Made by a program: the position numbers and the translations under genes
Notes under the pieces: generated by a model
Told to the model about the DNA's origin: nothing
Database searches by the model: none
The model's input: the letters and a program-made list of their open reading frames with translations, nothing else
NCBI GenBank assembly: GCA_002104905.1
Contig: MCFE01000290.1
Location: forward strand, 1-64,000
Direction: 5' to 3'
Length of the DNA stretch: 64,000 nt
DNA from: Basidiobolus meristosporus CBS 931.73
Taxonomy: Eukaryota; Fungi; Basidiobolomycota
In this document: piece by piece, positions 11,101-23,100 of the stretch
Position numbering within the stretch: position 1 is the stretch's first letter
How the letters are laid out: each line of letters opens with the position of its first letter

Positions 11101-14100
11101 CCACCTGTCTCCTGTGCATACCAGTCATCACCTCGAGCATAGTTGAATTATCGCTGAGGTTGACACGGACTGGCAGTGTGGTGATACAAGGCCCACATAT
11201 TTGATCGATACCCGCCACAGGTACACTACGTCCGGAATTGACAACCCCAAATACAACATCCGAGTTTCCAGTATGGCACTTCAGCACCAAGGCCCATGCT
11301 AGATTCACGATCGTAGCCAAGGTCAAGCTGTGGGCGCCCGTCAATATGGAGAAGTCAGCACAGATTCTCTCTCGGATCAAGGTACGTGCTTGTGGTTTGT
11401 ACGAGTGTACAGTAGGCTTGGCAATGTGTGTGGCGGTGACTTGATCCAGAAGCTGTGCCCAATATTCGATAGCTTCCTGTCTATCCTGATCGATGACGTA
11501 TTCGATGAACCGAGAATAGGCTGGTCTTTTCGCCAGCTGCGCGCCTCGGTAAGCAGTAACAAGATCCTCGATGAGTAGTCCCATTGACCAACCATCGTAC
11601 AGCGTGTGATGGATGGTCCAAATGAAGAATGTTCTGCATTGATCATCCCTCAGAACAGTGAAGCGAGCTAGCAGTTTCCCCATCTCAATCCCGCGTTCTT
11701 GATCTTGTTTGAGTACTTTCGATAGCTCCGTGGTAATGTCAGTGTTGCTTGGGCACTTAATCACTGTCCAGTCCATGTGCCCACCAACTAGGACTACCTG
11801 CAGCCCACCCAGGTGCGGATGACCAGAGTTTGTGAAGACGATTGTTGTGCGAAGGATTGGATTTGCCTCGATCACCGACGCCCATGCTGACTTCAGAAGG
11901 GCAAGATCAACCTCGGGTTTGCAAACGAACACCTGCTGGGTCAGATAATCGGAGCTCGATCGCATCCCCAGCGCAAACAGGCCTTCCTGAAGGGGTGAGC
12001 AAGGGTAGATATCTTCTACATGTTCGGGAGTAATCCCATTCTGGGCAACATCCACATCCAGCAACCGCTCCAAATCGTCTGGGTTGAGCTGAAGCAGCGA
12101 GCACTTGTCAGCCTCTGCTATCTCCGCCGCTTGCACTTGAAGTGGCTGAGCCAGCGAAGCTAACCTGGCAATGGTAGGATGTTCGAAGACTTGCTGCACG
12201 GTGATGCAGCAGCCTGACTGGCGAGCCAACGATACCAGTTTGATGGCCGAGATCGAGTCTCCACCAAGGCTGAAGAAGGAATCGTTGACTCCAATCTCAT
12301 TCTCAGGGACGTTCAGCACCGGTGACCATATTTTCAGCCATAGGGACTCCCTGTCGGTGGGCGGAACATTATCTCGGCCTCTCTGCGATCGACTGAATGC
12401 ATAGAGTTGCTCTTTACTCGCTCCGCGCACATGCGCCTCTAGCTGCTTGCGATCTATCTTCCCGCTCACATTGGTTGGCATCTGACTCATTGGTAAGAAG
12501 ATATGAGGCATCATATAGGGTGGCAATTTCGATGTGATCAGATCTCGTATTTCGCTAATCCATTGAGCCCCCGATGCCAGATCTTCGAGACGGAGTATGT
12601 GAGTCTCTGGCCCAGACTCAGACTTCGTGTGGAAGTATAGGAATGCCACTAGTACTTTACGGCTATCCAGCTCATCAATGATCAGCGGAAGTACGCAAGC
12701 ACGGGCTACCTCAGGATGTATATGAAGCGTGTGTTCTATTTCATCCAACTCGATACGGAGACCGTTTAACTTGATCTGGTTGTCTTTTCGTCCCAACAGC
12801 TCCACTGTACCGTCCATATTGAATCGAGCCAGATCGCCAGTGCGGTACATGCGCTCCCCTTTCCTGAACGGGTTTGGCACAAAAGCCTTCTCCGTAAGAT
12901 CTGGTCGATTGAAGTAGCCCCGAGCAAGTTGACAACCAGCAACGCAGAGCTCACCAACTGCGCCCATCGGGGTCATTCTTAGTTTAGGATCCAGAATATA
13001 AATTTCGTTTCCGCCAATTGGTCGACCAATATTGCTACAGGACGTTTTGTGATTGACTTCCGAATTGATCATAAAAACGACGGCGGCTTCAGTAGGACCA
13101 TACATGTTACTAAAGCTTACTTTACGGCTCCAGCGATCTTTAATTTCGGTAGTCATCATCTCGCCACCAACACTTAGTTTCCTCAAGTAGGCGTCGCATT
13201 TGGAGTTGAGTAGACTGGCTACACTGGGTGTTAGCCAAGCAGCAGTAATATTTGTATCGGATATGATTTGATTCAAATTGGAATATAGAGCCTCTTTACG
13301 TGCAAGTACGGTTCGAGCGCCACATGCCAATGGATTGTAAACCTCCATCACAAACATATCAAAGGTGTAGCTAGAGAATTGAAGCGCACGGTCTTCATGA
13401 ACTAACCGCCATCTAAATTGAGAAGAGACAATGAAGTTAACTACAGAGCCATGCTCTAAAAGTACGCCTTTGGGAAGTCCGGTGGATCCCGATGTATAAA
13501 TGGCATAGCACAGATTTGCTGCAGTTATGCCTATCACGGCTGGATTCGGAGATGAATACTCCTCAACTGGCTGATCTTCGATGATCACAACTGTCGTCAC
13601 AACTCCGTCAAACTTGTGCCTATATTGGCTGTTGGCGACCACGATATTTGATCGAGTTTCCTCGATGATGAACCGATTACGATCATCCGGGTTACCAGGA
13701 TCCAATGGAACATACGCACCTCCCGATTTCAGAATGGCCAACAAGGTGACGATCATGTTCACCGATCGATCAAGACACACAGGCACGAGGGTTTCTATGT
13801 TGACACCGATATCTATCAGATGGTGTGCAAGTCGGTTGGCGCGACAGTTCAGCTCATGGTACGTCACGAATTCCTCATTCTCGAACTGGACTGCGATGTT
13901 GTCTGGCGTACGTAGGACTTGTTCCTCAAATAGTGTATGGATGCAGCACTCGGGCGAGTTTCTGGTGAACGAGCCGCTCCACTGTCGCAGCAGCTCATAC
14001 TCCTTACTAGAGATGATGCCGAAGTCATCAACCCGAGTCTCAGCGTTGTCTGGTATGGACAGTAGTGCTGTCTTCATATGCTCGAATATCCACTTGGCCT

Positions 14101-17100
14101 CGTCATTGTGGATGAGATTCTCGTCGTACAGGATTGACAGCTCGTGCCCATCTGCCCCGGTGGCGAGTTCCACCACAACGGCATAGTTGCTTGGCATTGT
14201 TGCCTTGACAACCTCCATCCCAATCGAGTGCAGGCCAGGTCCCAACTGGTCAATGTCGAGATTCTGCACTGCCAACAAAGAGTCGAATAACGAGCTACCA
14301 AGTTCACCGACACACAGCTTCTGAATATCCTGCAACCCGATATTCTGGAATCGATGTTGTTCCACCTGTCTCCTGTGCATACCAGTCATCACCTCGAGCA
14401 TAGTTGGATTATCGCTGAGGTTGACACGAACTGGCAGTGTGGTGATACAAGGCCCACATATTTGATCGATACCCGCCACAGGAACACTACGTCCGGAGTT
14501 CGCAACCCCAAATACAACATCCGAGTTTCCAGTATGGCACTTCAGCACCAAGGCCCATGCTAGATTCACGATCGTAGCCAAGGTCAAGCTGTGGGCGCCC
14601 GTCAATATGGAGAAGTCAGCACAGATTCTCTCTCGGATCAAGGTACGTGCTTGTGGTTTGTACGAGTGTACAGTAGGCTTGGCAATGTGTGTGGCGGTGA
14701 CTTGATCCAGAAGCTGTGCCCAATATTCGATAGCTTCCTGTCTATCCTGATCGATGACGTATTCGATGAACCGAGAATAGGCTGGTCTTTTCGCCAGCTG
14801 CGCGCCTCGGTAAGCAGTAACAAGATCCTCGATGAGTAGTCCCATTGACCAACCATCGTACAGCGTGTGATGGATGGTCCAAATGAAGAATGTTCTGCAT
14901 TGATCATCCCTCAGAACAGTGAAGCGAGCTAGCAGTTTCCCCATCTCAATCCCGCGTTCTTGATCTTGTTTGAGTACTTTCGATAGCTCCGTGGTAATGT
15001 CAGTGTTGCTTGGGCACTTAATCACTGTCCAGTCCATGTGCCCACCAACTAGGACTACCTGCAGCCCACCCAGGTGCGGATGACCAGAGTTTGTGAAGAC
15101 GATTGTTGTGCGAAGGATTGGATTTGCCTCGATCACCGACGCCCATGCTGACTTCAGAAGGGCAAGATCAACCTCGGGTTTGCAAACGAACACCTGCTGG
15201 GTCAGATAATCGGAGCTCGATCGCATCCCCAGCGCAAACAGGCCTTCCTGAAGGGGTGAGCAAGGGTAGATATCTTCTACATGTTCGGGAGTAATCCCAT
15301 TCTGGGCAACATCCACCTCCAGCAACTGCTCCAAATCGTCTGGGTTGAGCTGAAGCAGCGAGTACTTGTCAGCCTCTGCTATCTCCGCCGCTTGCACTTG
15401 AAGTGGCTGAGCCAGCGAAGCTAACCTGGCAATGGTAGGATGTTCGAAGACTTGCTGCACGGTGATGCAGCAGCCTGACTGGCGAGCCAACGATACCAGT
15501 TTGATGGCCGAGATCGAGTCTCCACCAAGGCTGAAGAAGGAATCGTTGACTCCAATCTCATTCTCAGGGACGTTCAGCACCGGTGACCATATTTTCAGCC
15601 ATAGGGACTCCCTGTCGGTGGGCGGAACATTATCTCGGCCTCTCTGCGATCGACTGAATGCATAGAGTTGCTCTTTACTCGCTCCGCGCACATGCGCCTC
15701 TAGCTGCTTGCGATCTATCTTCCCGCTCACATTGGTTGGCATCTGACTCATTGGTAAGAAGATATGAGGCATCATATAGGGTGGCAATTTCGATGTGATC
15801 AGATCTCGTATTTCGCTAATCCATTGAGCCCCCAATGCCAGATCTTCGAGACGGAGTATGTGAGTCTCTGGCCCAGATTCAGACTTCGTGTGGAAGTATA
15901 GGAATGCCACTAGTACTTTACGGCTGTCCAGCTCATCAATGATCAACGGAAGTACACAAGCACGGGCTACCTCAGGATGTATATGAAGCGTGTGTTCTAT
16001 TTCATCCAACTCGATACGGAGACCGTTTAACTTGATCTGGTTGTCTTTTCGTCCCAACAGCTCCACTGTACCGTCCATATTGAATCGAGCCAGATCGCCA
16101 GTGCGGTACATGCGCTCCCCTTTCCTGAACGGGTTTGGCACAAAAGCCTTCTCCGTAAGATCCGGTCGATTGAAGTAGCCCCGAGCAAGTTGACAACCAG
16201 CAACGCAGAGCTCACCAACTGCGCCCATCGGGGTCATTCTTAGTTTAGGATCCAGAATATAAATTTCGTTTCCTGCAGTTGGACGGCCAACATTACTACA
16301 GGATATTTTGGTATCCACCTCTGGATTTACCATAAAAGCAATGGCGGTCTCAGTCGGTCCATATGCGTTTGTCACGCGAACTCTTGAAGCCCATCGATCG
16401 CTAATATCGGTTGTCATCATTTCACCGCCTATGATTAGTTTGTTGAGATGTGGCAAGCTCTTGGGTTGTAGTAAACTGGCTAGCGTAGGTGTAAGTGAAC
16501 CAAGCGTAACATTCATTGACTGTAGCACATGAGTGAGATCGGTGAGAAGCAATTCTTTCCTGGCCATACAAAGACACCCACCAGTAGATAGTGTTGAGAA
16601 TATGTCTAGTATAGATGCATCAAATGTATAGCTTAGGAATTGTAGTACTCTGTCATCTGATGTTAGCCGCAGTATGTGCACCAATTCGTGAAGATAATTT
16701 GCGACAGAGGAATGCTCTAGCATCACACCTTTCGGAGCTCCAGTAGATCCTGAGGTGTAGATTATATAACATAAGTTCTTTGCACCATGATTGCTGAGCA
16801 GGGGATTATCGGTAGAGTATCCACAAAGCAGCTGTCTTTGGCAATCCATATTTATGATCGATATCCGTCTAAACCTGCCTTTTAGCATATCTGTGGTGAT
16901 TACAACCTGAGCGTTGGTTTGCTTCACAATAAATTCGTTTCGTTCTAACGGATTCTCTGGATCAATCGGGACGTAGGCTGCACCGGACTTGAGTACACCA
17001 AGTATCGCTACTATCATATCTACTGACTTTCCCAGGCATAAAGGTACTACAGTTTCTATGTCGACACCGATATCTATCAGATGGTGTGCAAGTCGGTTGG

Positions 17101-20100
17101 CGCGACAGTTCAGCTCATGGTACGTCACGAATTCCTCATTCTCGAACTGGACTGCGATGTTGTCTGGCGTACGTAGGACTTGTTCCTCAAATAGTGTATG
17201 GATGCAGCACTCGGGCGAGTTTCTGGTGAACGAGCCGCTCCACTGTCGCAGCAGCTCATACTCCTTACTAGAGATGATGCCGAAGTCATCAACCCGAGTC
17301 TCAGCGTTGTCTGGTATGGACAGTAGTGCTGTCTTCATATGCTCGAAAATCCACTTGGCCTCGTCATTGTGGATGAGATTCTCGTCGTACAGGATTGACA
17401 GCTCGTGCCCATCTGCCCCGGTGGCGAGTTCCACCACAACGGCATAGTTGCTTGGCATTGTTGCCTTGACAACCTCCATCCCAATCGAGTGCAGGCCATG
17501 TCCCAACTGGTCAATGTCGAGATTCTGCACTGCCAACAAAGAGTCGAATAACGAGCTACCAAGTTCACCGACACACAGCTTCTGAATATCCTGCAACCCA
17601 ATATTCTGGAATCGATGTTGCTCCACCTGTCTCCTGTGCATACCAGTCATCACCTCGAGCATAGTTGGATTATCGCTGAGGTTGACACGAACTGGCAGTG
17701 TGGTGATACAAGGCCCACATATTTGATCGATACCCGCCACAGGAACACTACGTCCAGAATTGACAACCCCAAATACAACATCCGAGTTTCCAGTATGGCA
17801 CTTCAGCACCAAGGCCCATGCTAGATTCACGATCGTAGCCAAGGTCAAGCTGTGGGCGCCCGTCAATATGGAGAAGTCAGCACAGATTCTCTCTCGGATC
17901 AAGGTACGTGCTTGTGGTTTGTACGAGTGTACAGTAGGCTTGGCAATGTGTGTGGCGGTGACTTGATCCAGAAGCTGTGCCCAATATTCGATAGCTTCCT
18001 GTCTATCCTGATCGATGACGTATTCGATGAACCGAGAATAGGCTGGTCTTTTCGCCAGCTGCGCGCCTCGGTAAGCAGTAACAAGATCCTCGATGAGTAG
18101 TCCCATTGACCAACCATCGTACAGCGTGTGATGGATGGTCCAAATGAAGAATGTTCTGCATTGATCATCCCTCAGAACAGTGAAGCGAGCTAGCAGTTTC
18201 CCCATCTCAATCCCGCGTTCTTGATCTTGTTTGAGTACTTTCGATAGCTCCGTGGTAATGTCAGTGTTGCTTGGGCACTTAATCACTGTCCAGTCCATGT
18301 GCCCACCAACTAGGACTACCTGCAGCCCACCCAGGTGCGGATGACCAGAGTTTGTGAAGACGATTGTTGTGCGAAGGATTGGATTTGCCTCGATCACCGA
18401 CGCCCATGCTGACTTCAGAAGGGCAAGATCAACCTCGGGTTTGCAAACGAACACCTGCTGGGTCAGATAATCGGAGCTCGATCGCATCCCCAGCGCAAAC
18501 AGGCCTTCCTGAAGGGGTGAGCAAGGGTAGATATCTTCTACATGTTCGGGAGTAATCCCATTCTGGGCAACATCCACCTCCAGCAACCGCTCCAAATCGT
18601 CTGGGTTGAGCTGAAGCAGCGAGTACTTGTCAGCCTCTGCTATCTCCGCCGCTTGCACTTGAAGTGGCTGAGCCAGCGAAGCTAACCTGGCAATGGTAGG
18701 ATGTTCGAAGACTTGCTGCACGGTGATGCAGCAGCCTGACTGGCGAGCCAACGATACCAGTTTGATGGCCAAGATCGAGTCTCCACCAAGGCTGAAGAAG
18801 GAATCATTGACTCCAATTTCGTTCTCCGTTATGTTTAGAACTTCCAACCATAAGTCTTGGAAATACTTTTCGTTCTTTGTTATAGGCTTAGAATAATTAC
18901 GTCCTTTGATTTGAGTAAATGACTGAATGGTGCTCCAATTAGTGGCTGCGAAAATATTTGCTAATTTCTTTCTATCCAGTTTACCAGCAGAACTCCTTGG
19001 CATCCTACTTATTGGTAACCATACAGCTGGGACCATGTAAGATGGAACTTTTGATCGAACTAGATCCCGCGCCTCCGCAATCCAGTTGACGAATCGTTCA
19101 TTGTTTGTTGTGATTAATTTACACTCTGTCTCGGTTTCTTCGAACTCGGAACTGAACGCAAGGAATGCGGCCAGAATTTTCCGTTTTGGCGTCGTATCAA
19201 TAGTCATAGCCAAGACGCAGGCTCCGAGAACCTTTGGGTGCTCATGAAGTGCATTCTCGAGTTCATCCAGCTCGATACGCAGGCCGTTTAGTTTGATTTG
19301 ATTATCTATTCTTCCTATCAACTCAACCGAGCCATCCAAATTGTAACGCGCCAAATCACCAGTGCGGTACATCCGCTCCCGGTTATCGTAAGGATTGAGA
19401 CTGAATGCCTTTTCAGTAATTTCAGGTCTATTAAGGTATCCACGCGCCAATTGATTTCCAGCCACACATAATTCACCAGCTACACCCAGTGGAACAGTTT
19501 GTAATTGTGAATCAAGAATATAAATCTTATTACCTCTAATCGGTCTTCCCACATTGTTGCAGGCCGTACCCACTTGGACTTTTGGATTCATCATAAATGC
19601 CACTGCGGCTTCTGTTGGACCGTACAAATTAGTCAATTGTACTCTAGACGCCCAAGTATCACGGACGCTTGTGGTTAACATTTCTCCACCCACTAAGAGC
19701 TTCTTCATACTTGGCACCATCCAAGGCCGCACAGTTGCAGCGACAGTTGGAACAAGTAGAGAGGCTGATACCTTCATAAGCTCAATTGTACTTTCCAATG
19801 CGTTCAACAGCTTTTCCCTACTTGCTACTGCTACACGTGCCCCCACCATAAATGGTGTGAAGATTTCTACTACTGATGCATCGAAAGTATAACTGGCAAA
19901 CTGAAGGACGCTGTCTTGATCATTCAACTGCCAATTTTCTTGATTTGCAAACAGGAAGTTTGTAACGGCTGAATGCTCCAATATCACTCCCTTTGGTACA
20001 CCTGTAGAACCCGAAGTGTACAATATATAACAGGGATCACTTGGCTCCAAATCGATTGCCACCGGATTTTCACTGGAATATTGGCAGATAGTCTCCTCTA

Positions 20101-23100
20101 CTTGGTCAATCGTGACTGCTGTATATCCATTGAATAAAGTATGATGAGCGCTTGTTGTCACAACAATATTGGCTTCCGCTTCTTGAAGGATAATGCGAAT
20201 TCTGCTTGTTGGGCTCTCCAGGTCCAATGGCAAATAGGCACCCCCGGCCTTGAGCACAGCCAGCATTGCAACTATCATCTCGACGGACTTATGGAAGTAT
20301 ATAGGTACAACTGATCTGGACCCTATACCCAGATCTCTCAAGTAATGCGCTAGATTGTTGGCTTGCTTGTTTAGAGACTCGTAAGTGACGCAGTGGCCTT
20401 CTTCAGTTTGAACTGCGACATTTTTTGGTGTGGCTTGTACTTGTCTTTCAAACAGTTTGTGAATGCATTCGTATTGCCCCACAGTACTACTACCGCCAAA
20501 GGAGATTATCATTTGTCGCTCGTATTCGGAAATTCTTGGGATCGCCAAGACCTTTGTATCTTCACGAACGTTAAGGAATGCTTGCAGTATGGCTTCCAAT
20601 CTGTTGATAAATAGACTTGCCAATGCGGGTGGTAATGTGCCACGACTATAATCTAGGCGGTATTTGAACACTCCCTCATGGATCCAGATATTGAGTCCCA
20701 GAGTGTATTCTGTTGGCTCAATAGTGTTTTCTAACTCGAAATATAGGTCACAATCCGCTCTAGAGGCCGTTTCTGACTGCTCTACTGGCTGGAAGTTCAA
20801 AATTGAGTCGAACTCAGGTGCACAGCCACTTGCTTTGCACCATCCCTTTATCGTTTGTAATCCAATCTGTTGGTAGGGGATCGAATCAATCATATGCTGA
20901 TGAATTCTTCTCAACCACATGAATACGGGCTCCTCTTCCTCATACGAGATTCTTAGTGGTAAAGTGTTAAAGCATGGGCCAACAACTTCATCAATGCCCT
21001 TCATGGATATGTTTCTACCATTGACGAGAACCCCGTAAATGCAGTCGCCTGCGCCATAATAAGGTCGAAGCACCATCCCCCAAGCTGCTTGAAACAGGGT
21101 AAATGTGGTTACTCCTGCTTTCTTGGCAAAGGTTTTCAGGCTCTCAATTTGTAAGCTGCATGTCGCCGTTAACTGGAATCGCTCGTCCTTTGGAAAATCC
21201 GGACCACCTAACTTTGGGAGCAAGCATGGCTCAGCATTGGACAAGTAGCGACACCAAAACTCTCTTCCTGCCATGTCTGTGTACTCTTTCTGCTCTTCTA
21301 TGTAATATTTGATGAATTCCTTGAATGGCAGTGCTGCAGGCTTAGGAATTCTGTTGTAAATAGCATGAACGTACTTCATGATTATTCTGTCTGACCAGCC
21401 ATCGTTCGTTGCATGATGACGACTTATGATCATCCGCGAGCAGCCGTCGATTTCACGGATAACGCATAGCCGTATGTTTGGCTTCCCAAGGGGAAACCCT
21501 TTGGTTATGTCTGTAGCGAGGTACTCCATTAAAGCTTCATCAGCCATTCCATTTCGTGCGGATATATAATCGGTAGTAATCTTTATCTGTCTCAGGACTA
21601 CTTGGACATACAACCCCGACGAGTGTTTAGTGAATGGACTGCTGAGGAAAATGGTTCTTAATATGGGCAGGTCTTGGATCGCAGTCATCCAAGCAGAGTT
21701 CAGCTCTTCGAAACTCCAATGACCTCTGAGCTGGTATACATCTTGTACATGGTATAACTCGGGTGATCTCATATTGCCGATGATCAATCCTTCTTGTATA
21801 GGGGAACATGGATATATGTCTTCAACGTTTTGAGCCAAGTTTTCATCATATTGAGGTAATATTTCGAACTGAAGCTTGTCTGCCTCCTCTTTTGTTAGAC
21901 CCAATAGTGGAAAGTCTGAATTTGTGAACCGGGATGTGGTTTGATTGGCGCACTTTACTATGACCTCAATAAGGGTATCTCTCCAAGTCTGTAGCCACTG
22001 CTCCATTTCAGGTTTTTCATGTAAGGCGTTGCTATACGAGATGGAAGCGCTCAGCTTCTGATGCTTCATAGTCACCTCAACCTCAATGGCGTTCATTCTT
22101 TTCCATGTTGGACCGATCATACCCAAATCAAACTTATACTGATCACTCACGTCTTGTAGCAACGCGTTCGCTTTTTCGAGGTGTTGAAACCGTCCCAAGT
22201 AATTGAACCCGACTTGAAAGAAGTCGTTACGGAAGTTTGAAGCGGTTTTCTCGTTTAGATAACGAAGTAGTCCGTAGTTAAAACCATGATAAGGAATATT
22301 TCTACGGATGTCTTTGGTACGCATCAGCACATCGATCGCAGATTCCTCTGGGTAGACCTGGATACTAACTGGATATATGGTAGTAAACCAACCAACGGTT
22401 CTGGAGATATCAATGGAATCCTTCCATGGCTCCCGGCCATGTCCTTCGGCTGCAATGGTCAACGATCGGGCATCAAAGGTTGTACAGTAAGCTGTCGCAA
22501 GTGAAGAAAGCATAAAGTCTACAGCCTCTGTTCTGTACGCATCGTTACTCACTCCAAATAGAAGGCTGGTGTGCTCCTCTTCTAACGAAAAGGATAGTGT
22601 GTGTACTGATTCCATAGTGTTCAAATCTAGCTTCGATATGTCGACTTTCAGAGGCTCCATAAGCTCTTGTTTAGGCCAATCGGTAAGGTCCAACGAGGCC
22701 GCACGGTTTCTCAGTAGCTTGCTCCAAGTCAAAAAGGAGATTGATTTGTAAGATAATGTACCTCCGTTCAACAAGTTCTCAAGATCTTCCCAGATAATAC
22801 GCCACGAGACAAGATCTATTAGATAGTGATGAATGGTCATGAAGAGCAGTTGCTCACCCTCCGGAAGATCGAAGAGTGCAAATGAAGAAACGGGCCCTGA
22901 TTCCAGATTGAGACTACTCTGAATTCCATGAATTCTCCTCTTCAAATCCTCTATGACCTGAACTTCGGAACGTTCAACCTCTATGTTTTTTTCGCTTTTT
23001 TCTATCAGCTGTTGTTTCCAGCAACCGTCTACACGAGAAAACCGTACACGTAGCATACTGTGGTGCTCTACGAGTCTGTTGAGCGCGTCTACTAGCTGCC

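Noticed and set aside
10180-18805. CRISPR or satellite interpretation of the repeats
   Set aside because: The units are kb-scale, in-frame coding module duplications in a eukaryotic gene.
10320-18896. Many recurring 60-200 aa ORFs (e.g. 10320, 13581, 16989; 11330, 14591, 17852)
   Set aside because: They are antisense or alternative-frame shadows of the repeated NRPS modules, not independent genes.
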